Below, in pieces: positions 1-13,830 of a DNA stretch of 64,000 bases. The notes beneath the pieces are model-generated. The model was not told the DNA's origin. It did no database searches and saw only the letters and a list, made by a program, of their open reading frames with translations. Origin of the DNA: Ginglymostoma cirratum (taxonomy: Eukaryota); the NCBI GenBank assembly GCA_024137785.1, contig JAHRHZ010000036.1:3111091-3175090 (forward strand). Reading direction: 5' to 3'. Each line of letters starts with the position of its first letter. Within the stretch, counting starts at the first letter, position 1. Made by a program: the position numbers and the translations under genes.

Positions 1-144
1 ACCCTTCATCAGGTTTCTGATGAAGGGTCTAGGCCCGAAACGTCAAGTTTTCCTGCTCCTATGATGCTGCTTGACCTGCTGTGTTCATCCAGCCCCATGC
101 TTGTTATCTCGGATTCTCCAGCATCTGCAGTACCTTTTTATCTC
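1..144 (+). mobile_element. Penelope-like (PLE) 3'-end fold-back element, copy A (left arm cut by window edge)
   Basis: Palindromic centre acccttcatcag-gttt-ctgatgaagggt, hammerhead core, then shared arm ending ...ttgttatctc + tail ggattctccagcatctgcagtacctttttatctc. Confidence 0.85.
17..44 (+). ncRNA. Minimal type I hammerhead ribozyme core (PLE-associated)
   Basis: CTGATGA-A-GGGT CTAG GCCC-GAAA-CG-TC: conserved core, 4-bp stem II, palindromic ACGT stem III, GUC cleavage triplet. Confidence 0.75.
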
Positions 145-1259
145 TTCTGTAATAATGGTTGTTTCCAGGTCCTCATCTACCCTTCGTCTCTTTGTCAATT
201 ACTGGTATGTTATTAGTGTCCTCCACTGTGAAGACCGATACAAAATACCTGTTCAATGCCTCGGCCATTTCATCACTTCGAGTCATTCTGGCCTCTAAAC
301 GTTAACTGTTTCTCTCCACAAATGCTGCCAAACCTGTTGAATTTCTCCAGCAGTCTCTTTGATTTCCAGCATCCTGTAGTATTTTGCTTGTTGCCTGATT
401 TTAATTCTGTTACAATTGGTTGTGGGATTGTTTTAAACTTCTGGTGCATGTTATGTAGGGTCTCATGTGACATGAATGATCTAGTTATCTAGATTGGAGT
501 TCTACACATTCATTGATGAGCAGGTGCACTCCTGCACAGTCATGTCATGTTGTCCAACAGCCCCAGAGAAAATAGTCTGTTTCTGAAGACTTCAACATTC
601 CAGGAAACACTCTGATGCAATGGACCAACAGCCTTCTGCATTGCATTTGTACAGAATGCTGTGCTGCTTGCCTGTATTTGGGGTCTGGGACTGACATACA
701 TATTTTTAATTCTTTCCCTTCATTTTATTCTATTAATTTCTGACTGCAATGCATTTCTGGTAGCAGAAGTTCACTGGTACGAGTGTGTTACCTAGTACCA
801 GCTGTGCTTTGTTGCCTCATTTGGCACTTTGTACTTTAAACATCTGAAAGCAGGCTTGCCGCTTGTTTGCGGGAGACCGTAACGGCGCTATCGTTGTGAT
901 GACTGTGTGGATTTGATAATGTGCTCTTGTTTGATTCTGGAGCTTTGCTAGTTTACATGATTCACCTATATCCTGCATGAAATAGAATTCTGTGATGCTA
1001 TTTCACTGAGAGGGTGGGGGCTGAAAGATGGTCATTTATTGTCTTCTATCTTTAGGCAATAATGACAAATATTCTAGCTGAAACATTCTGTCGTTTCCAC
1101 GTGTACATCTTTCATCTCTTGGAGGCTGGATTATTGCAGATGCCACTCTCAATGTAAAATGTAAATAAACATTGAAGTATGGTTTAAAAATTATGGTTAA
1201 AATCTGAATTGCAAAATGTTTAAAAAAAAGGGATTTTTAAAACTACTTCTGTCTGTACT

Positions 1260-1750
1260 TCAATGCAGTACCAAGGGGTCAGTTGTTGACAGTGCTGCCT
1301 TTCAAATGAGTAGCTGAACCACTAACTCACATGGTTTCTCAAGTGAATGTGAAAAGCATCTGTGACGCTATTTCAAAGTGATGTGCAGAAGTGCTTCTTG
1401 GTGTCCTGACGACAAGTATTGTGATTCAGAAATAACTCTGAAGAAGGTGAGGCTTGAAACCAGGTCTTCTGGCCTACAGGTAGGGACACTACCACTATGC
1501 CGCAGGAACTCTGCAAGCTGTCATCTTCGGCAACATTTTGAGCTCCCCACAGTCGTGTCAGGTTGAGGACTAAAGCAGATGGTCTGGCCATTGTTACGTT
1601 GCTGTTTAAGCAACCTTGCTTTGTTCAAGTTGCCTGCCATGCTTCCTGCATTACAATAGTACCTAAACAGCACAATGTACTTGGTTAGCTGCATAGTGCG
1701 CTGGGACATCCTGAAGTTTTGAAAGGGGCTGTTTTGAATGTAAGCTTATT
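1260..1750 (+). mobile_element. Deu-domain SINE (DeuSINE/SacSINE1-like), interrupted by a tRNA-derived SINE head at ~1440-1510
   Basis: gctgcctttcaaatgag...ctatttcaaag...ggtgtcctgac...cttcctgcattacaatag...gggacatcctgaagttttgaaagg resembles the Deu domain and L2-like tail. Confidence 0.6.
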
Positions 1751-3459
1751 GTTCCTATAGTTGGTCCACTAATCTGTATGGAAATAAAGAGGAACTTGTT
1801 TGTAGCTGGTTTATTGACCTTTTTAGGCTGGAATATTCCAGTTTAATTGACTTCCTACTCTTGAGTGAGGGGAAAGCATTTATTTGGCTCCCAGCCTTAG
1901 TGATTTGTGCACGCTATTGGACATGGAGTTGGCTCGGAGCAAATATTGTATTGTGCTTGACTCTTCCTGTTTTCTTGCTGATTGTCCAAGCTTGACATGA
2001 TTGCTTAATAACAGGAGAGGTGTTGGTGACTTCCTTTCATGAGTGTCACTCATTTTTTTGATTTTTCCTGTTTACTATCTTCCAAATAGTTGCATGGCAA
2101 CTTTTCGCTTCAACTTTTCTGAATAATGGGCCAGGTTTTAAATGAAAATTAGCTCGTGCAATTGTAGTTTATGTAAGCAGTAAAGCTGCCAAACATCAAT
2201 CTGCCTTTCAATTCTCTATTTTAATGTCACAGTTTAACCAGTTTGTACCCCATATTTTAGTGACCGAATGAAGCCTTTCAAACCATTCAGACAAGGAATG
2301 GGAATGACTTCCTATTAAAAATCATTGGTTTTGCTTGAGAAATATGATCTGTCTATAGCACAAATTAGTTTCAAATGGTGCAGAAGTGTCTTTCAAGTTG
2401 ACTTTTTTTGCAGTGTACTACAGATGACATTTTATAACTCTTGCACATTGTGTTCCTGTTAGTGTTTTCAAAACTTCTAATGCTCCTCACATTCACACAC
2501 GTTTTTCCTCTTTCTTTCACCTACCCCCAAAAACGTTGTTCGTGTTTTCAATGGCTTCACAGTAGAATCACGTTCCGTTTGTTAGTGAGTTACTTAAACA
2601 TTTGCTTTTCCTTTCGATTTAAAAAAAAAAGCAGTTGACCGTATGACATGTGGTACATTGGTTCTCTAGTAAGATGCACTCCACTGGCTTGATAATTGAT
2701 TTTAACAACTGAATTGGCCAGAATTTCATGCCCATGGTCCATGTTAGAAATTGCGTGTTTACGTACAGTGGGATGCTTTTCAGTGAGGTGCTAGTTAGTG
2801 CCAATACGTTGCTTGGCTACATCAGAATGCAGATATTTGATTCTGGCAAAGTTAGAGTTGTCAGACCATTGTATGATTTAATGTCACGCTAGTGAGCTTG
2901 GACCCCTTTTAGGTTCATGCTGGTCTCTTCAGATTGGAAATGCTAAATACAACAGACTTGATGTAGGTCTTTTTGATAAGACATGTCCAAAACACTCCAG
3001 TTTTCATTTTAACTGACTTTAACTGGGATGTTCAGATTTGTCAAAACCTCTTGTGCCACATAGAATGATACAGCACAAAATGCAGGCCATTTAGTCCACC
3101 AACACTATGCCAGCTCTTTGTGCTCTCCAGTTAAATCCCACTCCTGTGCTTGTCATCAGATTTTCTGCTTTTCAAATATATATCCAGCCTGCTTCTGAAG
3201 ATTATGCCCTGTGCTTTTACAGGCAATCTATTTCAGATCTTCAAACTTTTTTTTAAAATTCTCCTGTCCTGACCACCAAAACTAAACTGTTCAGTCACCC
3301 CAGCAGAAGAACCATCAGAAATTAAGATTTGAATGCTGATTATTCAGGCCAGACGGAGTCAAATTGCCACTGAGAGAAATCTGTTTGAACAGGTTGTTTT
3401 TTAACGGTGAACTATTTAAAAAGTTGTTTCAAGCTAATGCACACTTTTCAAAAACAAAA

Positions 3460-3815
3460 GTCTGTACTTCCAGATGAGATGCTCAATGGAACTCCCAACT
3501 ACATCCACCAAAGAGGGGAAGAGATCTTGTGCCTCTATTTCAAAGAAAAGCAGGACTGTTTCACTGTTTCACCAATTTTAATTTTGCACAAATTCATTCC
3601 CTCAACGAACATCACCAAAACAGATTATCTCAACATCACTAAAACAGCAACATGATGTTGAGATAATCTGTTTGTGGGACCTTGCTGCACTCAAATTGGC
3701 TGCTGCATTTTGTACGCTACTAGTGTGGCAAAATATTAGAAGTACTCAAATGGATGAAATGAGCTTTGGAGATCCTGAGATTTTGAAAGGCACAATATAA
3801 CTTCAAATATTTCTT
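3460..3815 (+). mobile_element. Deu-domain SINE (further copies ~22270-22630 and ~50500-51035)
   Basis: ccctcaacgaacatcaccaaaacagattatc...ctgtttgtgggaccttgctg...aaattggctgctgc...gagctttggagatcctgagattttgaaaggc. Confidence 0.65.
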
Positions 3816-6800
3816 TGCCCATTACAGCCTGTGTATCCAGCCTATCTTATAGCATGCAAGACATTACTGCACAACTTTTTTTGTTTTCGTACACGGTTAG
3901 ATAAGAATACAATCATGGCAATGTTACAGCCTGCTCGAGGAGGGTTTTGATCCTGTTTGGAGTCTGGGCAGCTGATGCAAATTGAGTTCTTATTGGATAA
4001 CAAGGATGCATATAGTGGGGTCCCAACTTGTCTGTCTATGTCTCAATTAAAGCAATTGATGTATTTTGGGACCACATTCTGTATAATCAGTCTTGATCCT
4101 TTTACCAGATGAAAGGATCTTGCGGTCTGTCTAATCTAAATTCACACTTAATCTGAATGCTTAAATGCGTTTGACATCAGAAACCTGTTAAAGCTATGCT
4201 TGTTTGAAGCACCTTTGACTAAACCACATGTTTCTTTAAAAATCCTACTTTCCTTCCTTTCTAAGGTTTTTTGCAGTTGGTTTGAATGCCACAAGGACGA
4301 TGATGAAATAAATTTGTTATTTCAGCCTAGTAACCTGGTAAAATATCCTTTGTGTCTTCAGTTTTAAGTTTACTTTCTAGAATTTCCTCCATTATTCAAT
4401 CAGATACAAAGAGCTGCTGTTTAAAGAAACGTTAGAGATAATGTATTGGCAACTGCTAATTTCAGGTTTCCTTTTTCTGCACTGGTAGCTGGTACATTAT
4501 TTGAATTTTTATGTAAACACACATTTTAGATCTATTTCAGAAAACTGTTCCAATTTAGCTTTATTCCTAACTTTAACGTTGGTGACTGCCCTTCTCCTAA
4601 TCACCCTTTGAACTGATTTGGTTCTCTGGCTCTTAACAGCCTTTGAAATGGGCTAAACACATTGCTGTGGGTCTGGCATTGCATGTAAAGAAAGACAACA
4701 GATTTCCTCCCCTGTCAAAACCAGATTTGGTTTTCATAAAATCCATGGTTGCCATTAGTTTTCATTTCCAGATTTTAATTGAATTTAAATTCTACTGGCT
4801 GCCATGGTGGGATTTGAACTAGTGTGCACAGACCTCCTGGATTATGTGACTTGTGACTTTACCATTATACCACCATCTCCCATGTCTGACACACTTATAA
4901 AGACATGGTCTGTGCTGCTTCTGAAGGTCTTCCTTTCCGTTATCCAACTTATGCAAAATCTTTTCCACCTATTTTGTCTTGTTGCATGTCGACATTGCTG
5001 TCTACTAGGATGTGGTTTTTTTATTGCAATTTGCTAAATTCAGATTTCCAGTCATAATGCAGTGTCCCTCAATGAGCAAATGTTGCCAGTATTAGAAGAA
5101 AGGTGAATTAACCGAGGCTAATTTTTCCTCATTTGGAAGGAAATATTACAATTATTGCATACTTGGGACATCCTTTCTGCACTCTTGCTTCAAAGTTTTA
5201 CACATCCCACAATGAAGGGTTCTTGGAGGTGGAAAATGAATGTGCTCAATTTTTAATTGTAGACTATTTCTCATTGCTTTCTTTTACTGTTGTACTCCTG
5301 TTACAGAACGCAATTTTTCTGGTCCTTTTATCATGACCTCCCTTCAGCACAATGTTTTTCTTTACTCTCCTCTGACCAGTGCAATGCATCACTAAAGTTC
5401 TTTTTGTTTAAGAGAACTTGGTAAATCCAAAATGAATTGTTTATTTTCTCTGCTTCCCCTAGTGCATTTCATGTGAGCTTTGTCTCTTCCTTATCTCCTC
5501 TGAAGACATTGGTTCCTTGTTGAAGTGTCATCAAGAATGAAGCTGAGGTGTATCTTTAACCACAGGGACGGTCAAAGCCCAATCTTGACCTTATGTGCAA
5601 TTTCATCATCTGGCGATCAGTAGTGGGAACACTGGCTAATCTTACTAATCTTTTTGTCAGTCTATAAGTGCTGGAATCCCCCTCATTCTGCCTTGGCTGC
5701 GCATCATTTTTAAAACATAAACTTGGAATTGATCCTGAGACCGCCTTGCTGTCTCTGTCTTGGCCACTCAGCTGAACCAGTAACTGTGTGGATGAGGGTT
5801 TTTCTTGCTTTTTGCCAGTGCTTCATAAGTTCCAGCAGGCAGCCTAGGCAGATATGGTGAGTGATTCCATTAGTTGAGGGTAGAGGTGGCCGTTTTTGGT
5901 GCAGGTGATTTCATAATTCACAGTAGATTAATTTGTGTGAAACCCAAAGGAATAAAACATAGCTGGAACGTTTTGAAATTGTTGTGAAGAGGAGTATATC
6001 AGACTTGACATTAACTCTGTTCCTCTTTCTGTAGATGCTGCCAGACCTGAATTTTTTATTCATTTTCTGCTTTATTTTGATGCCCTACAGGGTTTTGCCA
6101 TGTACTTGAAGTTGTTTTAGATGCAGCAGGTTTTGTTGGTTTAGGCAAATGATGAAAAGCCGTGTGTTCATTTTATGTATGGTGCATCAGAATGCTGTGA
6201 AAATAAGGGGATTTTTCAGTTTAACTACTTGTTTGGGCATAGTAATGTATTTTTGACGTTTGCTCCCTGCTAGAATTGACGTGCAGTTGTTGAGGTGAAA
6301 CTCTGCGTATCCTAATTCAAGATCTTCGCTACGCTGTGATTTATAAAACATTGTTCCTAAAAGTCGTCTTTAGACAATGAAACCTGAACCTATGAACACA
6401 AGACTGTAGCTGCAGTTTCGAGTAGTTATCTTTTGAAATAAAAGCCATGTACTTTTGGGAGGAATGTCAGTTTTGCAGAGGTTGCATTCTGAAAATAGTG
6501 CACGACCTAACATTCCTCTCTCTGTGAAGTGGCTTGAAATCTACCTGTTTTTCAAGGGTGGAATGCTCCTTGAACACTAATGGCACTTAAACAACTGTTA
6601 CCAACTATTGGTTTCAAGTTAAAAGCAAACGGTGATTGTTCTCATAACCTTCAAGCACTTTGTTTAAATCCCCTAGAGTATGATTGTTTTCTGTCACATG
6701 TTCCATGTAGAACACTTCAATTTTTTTTTTGTGTATGCTTTTAAAACTTTCTATAAATTCATCTGTTTATTGTGAAATAAATCTTGGACTATTGTGCTTT

Positions 6801-9289
6801 GCTTCTGCAGCAGTGTTGCCTCTACAAGACATCCCTGATCTATTCTTTGATTCTGTAGTAGAATGCACTCTGTTAATTGTGTTGTTCTGGAAAACCAGGG
6901 CAAACATGATGGACCAAATGACCACTGTTGCTGTAACCATTCTGTGATTCAAAGGCAAAAATAAACTGAATTGCAATATGATACCATGCAGGTAGTGGCA
7001 TCAATACTAGTGCCAATCTGTTTGCTTAACATTGATTTAGAAGCAAAGAATGGTGTACCTTTATAAGCCTAGCTTCACGCTATGTGGAGTAATGTACTTT
7101 TTTGTTAATATACTTGTGATTGGAAAGGGAACATCATGCAGCACTTCGATCTTGCCTGCTCATTATTTGACCCAATGGCTGAAACAAGTTTTCTTTCATT
7201 GGAGAAGATTCTATCTTTTCAATTTCCATGGTTCCATGTTCTTCCTTCCCCTTGCCACCAAATAAAAATGTTGTTATCCAGCTATGAATTTGTAATCAAT
7301 GAACAAAGAATTTTAAGTTGTATTGCACAAGGTAGCAAGAATGTATAATACATATCAAAAAAAAAACCTTGCAATGAGCATCCCTTCATTATTGGTTTCC
7401 ATTGCTGATTGCTGTCGACCTGACTTGTTTGTGACAAATATTGGTTGACAGTGTTGGGCTTCATTCCAATGCCTGTCAAGGTCATTAAGCTCACTGACAC
7501 AATCTGGGATCAGGCGTCAAGATACTGGAAGTCTGCTAGTACAAGCAGGAAACGGATGAGAGAGAACAAACTGAGGACTCTTTTTTTTTTTTAAAAAGTA
7601 CACATTATCAAAATGATTTGAAAGTTTAGGACCAAATCTGCTGTTTCTGGATTACTCATACAGATCTTGTAATCTCAACATGCTTTTGGACCCCAACATA
7701 GCATCCAAATGTATGGTTGCTGTAAATGATTAGATCAAATAAATAATTTAGGAGAAATTTCTTTACATAATTAGTGACAAGAATGCAACTTGCACCATGT
7801 TGGTGTGGTTGTGACAGATGTATAAACGAAGGGGACGGGAATAGCAAGATAAAGGGCAAGGTGGGGAGGAGTTTTGTGGAGAGTAGAAGCACCATGAACC
7901 AGTTGGGCTGAATGGCCTGTTTTTGTGCTATTAGTTCTCCATAAAACCTTGCAATGGCACAGCAAGTCTTAAGGTTTGCTTTGGTTTACAAAAAAAGTCT
8001 GTAGGAGCTCAGCTGGTCTGTAGTATATGTGAAGAGGAAGAGATGACAATGTTTCAAGTCACCTAATAAGACTTTTGGAACAGGGTTGCTATTTTTAAAA
8101 ATCTCATCCCTTTCATTTAAACTGTTAAAACTACTGTATATGTAAACAAGACAATTACCAAAGGATGCTGTTGCAACAGAATCATATGACAGTAAGCAAA
8201 AGTCTTGTCACCTGTGACCAGCTCAAAAACGTATTCTTAGTTGTTTGTTAATCTGGATCTTAAATTCTAAGTGGATTAATGGTGTGTGCTTATGAGATTT
8301 ATAGTAGTCAACCTTGCTGGGAAGAACCAATTGGCTCTAAGTTGTGTTTTCTTATTTCTATTAGATGTTTTACTTTATTTTCTGCATTTTGCACTTTGGA
8401 AACCTTTATCGTCTTAGTTCCCCTATTGTCCTACACACATTCCCTGAGGGACCACTGTCACATTTTTGTAAGATGAAAACAATTTTGCTCTCAGTACTTC
8501 AGGCTCTTTCTGTACTTTAAAAAAAAATTGTATTTCTGGGCCTATCCAAATAATCTACCAGAACTGGAAGTAACAAAACAACTGTTATACCTCAGGCAGT
8601 GATAGTTTTATGTTTAATAATGGTTAGCATTATTAAAGCTCAGAGCTGCCATCTCATTGCTGTAGCCTTGCTGTGTGCAAACTGGCCCTCGTATTTGCCT
8701 GCAAACCATGAGTGACTGCACTTCAAACTGTAAAGTACTTATCACATCCTGAGAATGTGAAAGACACTGCTCAAATGCATTAGTTATGCATCCAGCTTGC
8801 AGATGCCACAGCAGCAGATGCAAAAAAGCCCTGTGACCACTCGTGGGCTAAATGAGCCTCTTCTTTTTTCAGTTTACACTCATGCTGTTGGTACAGCTCT
8901 GAAATAAGTTTTTTTTTGTTTTGTTGTGCATCTATTTTCCTCTCCACTTCTTGAAAATTATTTCTGCCACCTTTTCCAGCTGCTTTAGTGTAGTATCTAG
9001 AGGACCCATCTAGTAATAGACATTTTAGTGAATCAGCTGCAGGCAGCTCATGGCCTGGAGAGAGAGCAAGATGAGCATAGATCTGGAGGTGCCACTTTAG
9101 TCTTAATGCTGGTGTGCGTGAAGATTCAATGTTGGAGGAATTTGAAATCCCATTTGCTGTTTCTGTGGTCGTGATCTACAGTTTGTGAACCACTCCTGTA
9201 CAATATTATCTAAACTTCTGTGTTTTACGCAATCATGTCGTGTTCACCCCATTACCAGTACCACCCATCCCAATACTAAACTCCTTTTA

Positions 9290-11090
9290 CCCACCTTAAA
9301 TGTTTCACATGCAACTCATCAAAAAAGTCCAAAATATTAACTGCCTTTTCTTCATCAACTTTGTTACCTCTTCAAAAAATTCCAGCAAATTAGACAGACA
9401 TGATACCCCTTAACAATCCGTGCTGACTGTTCTGATTCAGCCCACATTTTTCTGTAATTAATAACTACATCTCAAGTAACAGTTTTGAGGTGTTTCCTCA
9501 CCACCAAAGCTAAACTGACTGGTTTGCAATTGTTGGACTGATCTTTACAACCTTTTATTGAATAAGTACATTATGTTTGTAATTCACCAATCGTCCAGCA
9601 CCAGTTCTGAATCCATGGACGATTAAAGATTGTCAGCTTATCTGAATGTATCCTCGGATGCATCTCCTCCAGTCCTGGTGCCTTATCAAGTTTAAATACT
9701 GACTGCTAATCCAGTACCATCAACTTTAAATCGCCTTGTGGCCTAGTTTCCTCCTCTGTTACCATGGTCGTGCATCATCTGCCTGTAAGTAAAATGCAAA
9801 GTATTCATGTGATATTTCAGCCATACCTTTTTGCCTCTATGTAAATTCCTTTTCCTTTTTAAATCTAATTGGCCCAGTTGATTTATCTCTGTTTTACTGT
9901 TTATGTGCATATAGATGACTTTGGGGTTTCCTTTGTTAGCTACCATACTGTCTCTTTGTTTTCTGTATTTGCTTTTTCACCTCCCTCCTGTATTCTGCTT
10001 GATCTCCATTGCGTTTACTGCCTGACACCCCTCTTGAGCACACTTTTTCTTCAATTATTTCCTTTGTAATCCAGGGAGCTCTAATCGTTTCACCTTACCT
10101 TTTCAATTTTAAAGGAAATATCTCTTTTCTAATATTCTCTTTTGAAGGTTGCCTATTGTTTCTGCAGCCAACCTTTTTGGTTCCAGTCTTGATAGCTCTG
10201 TTGTTACTCTCTTGAAGCCTGCTGTCTGCCAGTTGTTTGTTCTTATTCTGGATTGACCAATGTAATTTTCCATCATCTAAATGTGTTGATTCCATGATCA
10301 CCATACTACATATTACCTCACTGTCACTTGATCTACTTGGCCTGCCTCATTGTCAAAAACCATGTCTAGCAGTGCCTCCTTTCTTGTTGGACTGGACACA
10401 TCCTGCTGCAGGAAAATTCTCCTGAACACAATCCAGGAACACTTGCCCCATGCTGCCCCTTACACTACCATTTTCCCAATTGATGTTCAGGTAATTTAAA
10501 GGCCCCACTATTGCTGCTGTATGATGTTTACCCTATTGTGTAATTTCTTTGAATCTTTCCTACTAGTCAGTGATCTCTAGATAACACCAATATAATTGTA
10601 CTTCTCTTGTTCCTTAGCTGTAGCAAAATTGATTTTGTCTTTGAACTTATGAAATATCCTGACTTTCCAGTACTGCAATGCTTTCCTTACCCAAAATGAT
10701 ACTATTCCTTTTATTCTCTTTCCTATCTTTTCTGAATAGCTTGTAACCAGGAATAATTAACACTCAAATTGACCCTTCCTTAAGCCAGATCGGCATTATC
10801 GCCACAATATTATCATCCCACATGGCAATCTGTGTGCTTGTATCTCCCTGGTCGGGTTAGCTATACGCTATGCGTTCACGTTCTTGCAGTACAACCCTGA
10901 ATTTAAGCTTCATTACTTTCTCCTTACTCCAGCTCCATCTTTTTAATTATTGTTCTGTAATTTAGTGTATCTGCCTCCTAACATTTTGAGCACCCTGGTA
11001 TTACTTATATTTTCTTCCTGCTTCTCAAACTTCCGCTGAGTTAATTTAAACCCTTCCTAACAGAACTAACAAAAGCAAGGAGCCTGGAAA
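9290..11090 (-). mobile_element. Highly degenerate CR1-like LINE remnant (endonuclease and RT regions)
   Basis: Minus strand encodes decayed QHG...NLLEFFEEVTK (9340-9430) and FLQQDVSSPTRKEA.LDMV (10360-10420) motifs. Confidence 0.7.
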
Positions 11091-13344
11091 CCTCTCCCTA
11101 ACAGTGTTGATGTAGCTGTGCCAAATAGATTACAACAGTTCAAGAAAGTATCTATCTACCAGCTTCTCCAGGGTAATTAAGAATGGCCAATAAATGATGG
11201 CCTAGACAGCAATACTCATCCCCTAAAATCTCTCTCATCTATTTATTGTGACACTGTGATGCTTTGCAATTTGCAGGAAACCAATGTGTCAGTCAGGATC
11301 TTCAGGTTACTGCTCAAATCCTTTGGATTTGTGCACTTTATCTTTTGATCTTGGTGAAGCTTGGAAAGCCAAATGGTGTTCACCAAACTGCATCTCTACA
11401 AACCATGACAGATATGGATATTTAGTGCAGAAAAGGAAACTTTAAGAACCGTGGTGTATGACAGTGGACACCCAGAACAGTCATCAAACACAATGACTTA
11501 ATGCTGGATTATCAAATATGAGGAAGCATCAGTGATATACTTTGCATTGGACTAACAACTATCTAGTTTGGCCAACTGAATGTAGAGTTACGGTTGTAGT
11601 TCTACACCAACATCAGCCATGTGAAAACTGATTTTGGTCTGTAATTGGATCTGGAGCATCCAGTGCTTGGAATGAGTGGTTGGAGATTGAGGCTTCTTTG
11701 TACACCAGAGCCACATGATAATGTAACATTGTTCTGAATCACTGAATTCAATGTTTTATTTTGTATGACCTAATTGAGGAAGTGGGATAGGGAAGGAAGA
11801 GCCCTTCAGACAAACTCGTGGGTTCTTCCTACGTTCACCATTGGTAGTAAGGCCACCAGTTTTAGTCTCTTATTTCCTACTTTTCACTGGGACCACACCG
11901 ATGCCATAGCTGACAAAAAGACCAGTAGATTTTGTATAATATTAAAAATTAACTTTAAATTTAGCACTGGAATTTGATCGAGACTGCATCCTTAATCTTT
12001 TTCCTGATTTGACCACTCATATTTACACGGTTTTTCTGTTGGATTGTGGTGGTGTTTGAGCCTTGCCCTAATTCATGGATAAGCTGGTTAAGGCATCTGT
12101 TACCACCATGAATTTGCGTCTGGTCTCAGTTGATGTTCTTTTGGGTTATTTCCCAATTAAAAATTGCAACTTGTATGAAGCTTGTTTTCTCTGTATTCGA
12201 AGGACAGCTTTGTTTTTTTTGTTCATCCCTATGCTGTAAGCTGCGGAAGATTAGCTAGCTTGGGGCAGTCTAGGGATGAGAAACCTTTGAGTTGTAAAAG
12301 TGAGGTGATGCAATTGCCCTGGCTGACATTGAGAACACCATCGGGTTCATTTGTTTTAAGAACTTGCAAGGTGATCGGGCCCTTTTTTTAAAAATAGCGC
12401 AACCTATATTGCTTCTGCAGAAAATTTTGAAAAGTTGACCTTTTGTAATATGCAAAGTCATCAGCACGTCTGTCTACTGATTATATTTTTGGCTGCTTTC
12501 CATTCCTGCTTTTCAACCTGTACAAAAATGCTGCATAGCTCAAAGGCTCATAACCTTGAATAAAACACACTTTTTATATTTTGGGAGCAATGTGTTCAAT
12601 TGGTATTAAAAATGTTTTTGCCAAATAAGTTTGAATGGAGGTATATTTAGTGTTTCAGAATTTTCAAAATATATCTTACAGTACGTTTTAGTTTTGAATT
12701 CTTGCATGAAACATGCAATAAAATATTGCTACCACATCGATTCCAGAGTACGGGAGCTATGTTAAGCTTGCCTTTGAAAAGAACAGCTCCCTCAATGCTA
12801 ATCTTCAGAAGTGTTTGGCTGGGACTGGTCCTGTCTCTCTCTAGATGGCATTCCTTGCAATTTGTAAGCAATGGATTGTTTATGGTCCCAAGGTGTTTGT
12901 ATAAAATATCTGTGAATAACAACCAGTAATAAAGCTGACTAGTGTTTATTGTTTTGTAAAATTGAAACTTACTTTCAAAAGGAAGAAAACTTTTAGCGTG
13001 AGCACTATGGAAAATATTTTAAATTCTAAGGCTGTATTTCGTTAAAGAATGAGTCTTGTGCTGAGACTTGTATGAGGTTGGAAATGATAACACTATCTTT
13101 GGTCTTGGTGCTTTCCCATAGAGAAAAGGAGCTGTGCTTATACTCAATTATCTTTAATGTTACACAACAGATGAGAACCAGACATTCTTTTAGATGCAGT
13201 GGGATGGAGGTCTTGGAATACTGTGACCAAGTTACAAAGAGTTAAGAGATAAAAGGTACTGCAGATGCTGGAGAATCCGAGATAACAAGCATGGGGCTGG
13301 ATGAGCACAGCAGGTCAAGCAGCATCACAGGAGCAGGAAAACTT

Positions 13345-13372
13345 GACGTTTCGGGCCTAAACCCTTCATCAG
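13345..13372 (-). ncRNA. Minimal hammerhead ribozyme core, minus strand
   Basis: Reverse complement reads CTGATGAAGGGTTTAGGCCCGAAACGTC. Confidence 0.72.
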
Positions 13373-13402
13373 AAAATGGATTTTCTGATGAAGGGTTTAG
13401 GC

Positions 13403-13802
13403 NNNNNNNNNNNNNNNNNNNNNNNNNNNNNNNNNNNNNNNNNNNNNNNNNNNNNNNNNNNNNNNNNNNNNNNNNNNNNNNNNNNNNNNNNNNNNNNNNN
13501 NNNNNNNNNNNNNNNNNNNNNNNNNNNNNNNNNNNNNNNNNNNNNNNNNNNNNNNNNNNNNNNNNNNNNNNNNNNNNNNNNNNNNNNNNNNNNNNNNNNN
13601 NNNNNNNNNNNNNNNNNNNNNNNNNNNNNNNNNNNNNNNNNNNNNNNNNNNNNNNNNNNNNNNNNNNNNNNNNNNNNNNNNNNNNNNNNNNNNNNNNNNN
13701 NNNNNNNNNNNNNNNNNNNNNNNNNNNNNNNNNNNNNNNNNNNNNNNNNNNNNNNNNNNNNNNNNNNNNNNNNNNNNNNNNNNNNNNNNNNNNNNNNNNN
13801 NN
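13403..13802. other. Assembly gap (400 N)
   Basis: Run of N in the sequence. Confidence 0.99.
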
Positions 13803-13830
13803 CTAAACCCTTCATCAGAAAATGGATTTT

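Noticed and set aside
7476-7484. TCAAGGTCA nuclear-receptor half-site and search for a full oestrogen response element
   Set aside because: A single 9-mer is weak evidence in 64 kb, and I saw no perfect GGTCAnnnTGACC; not supportable without conservation data.
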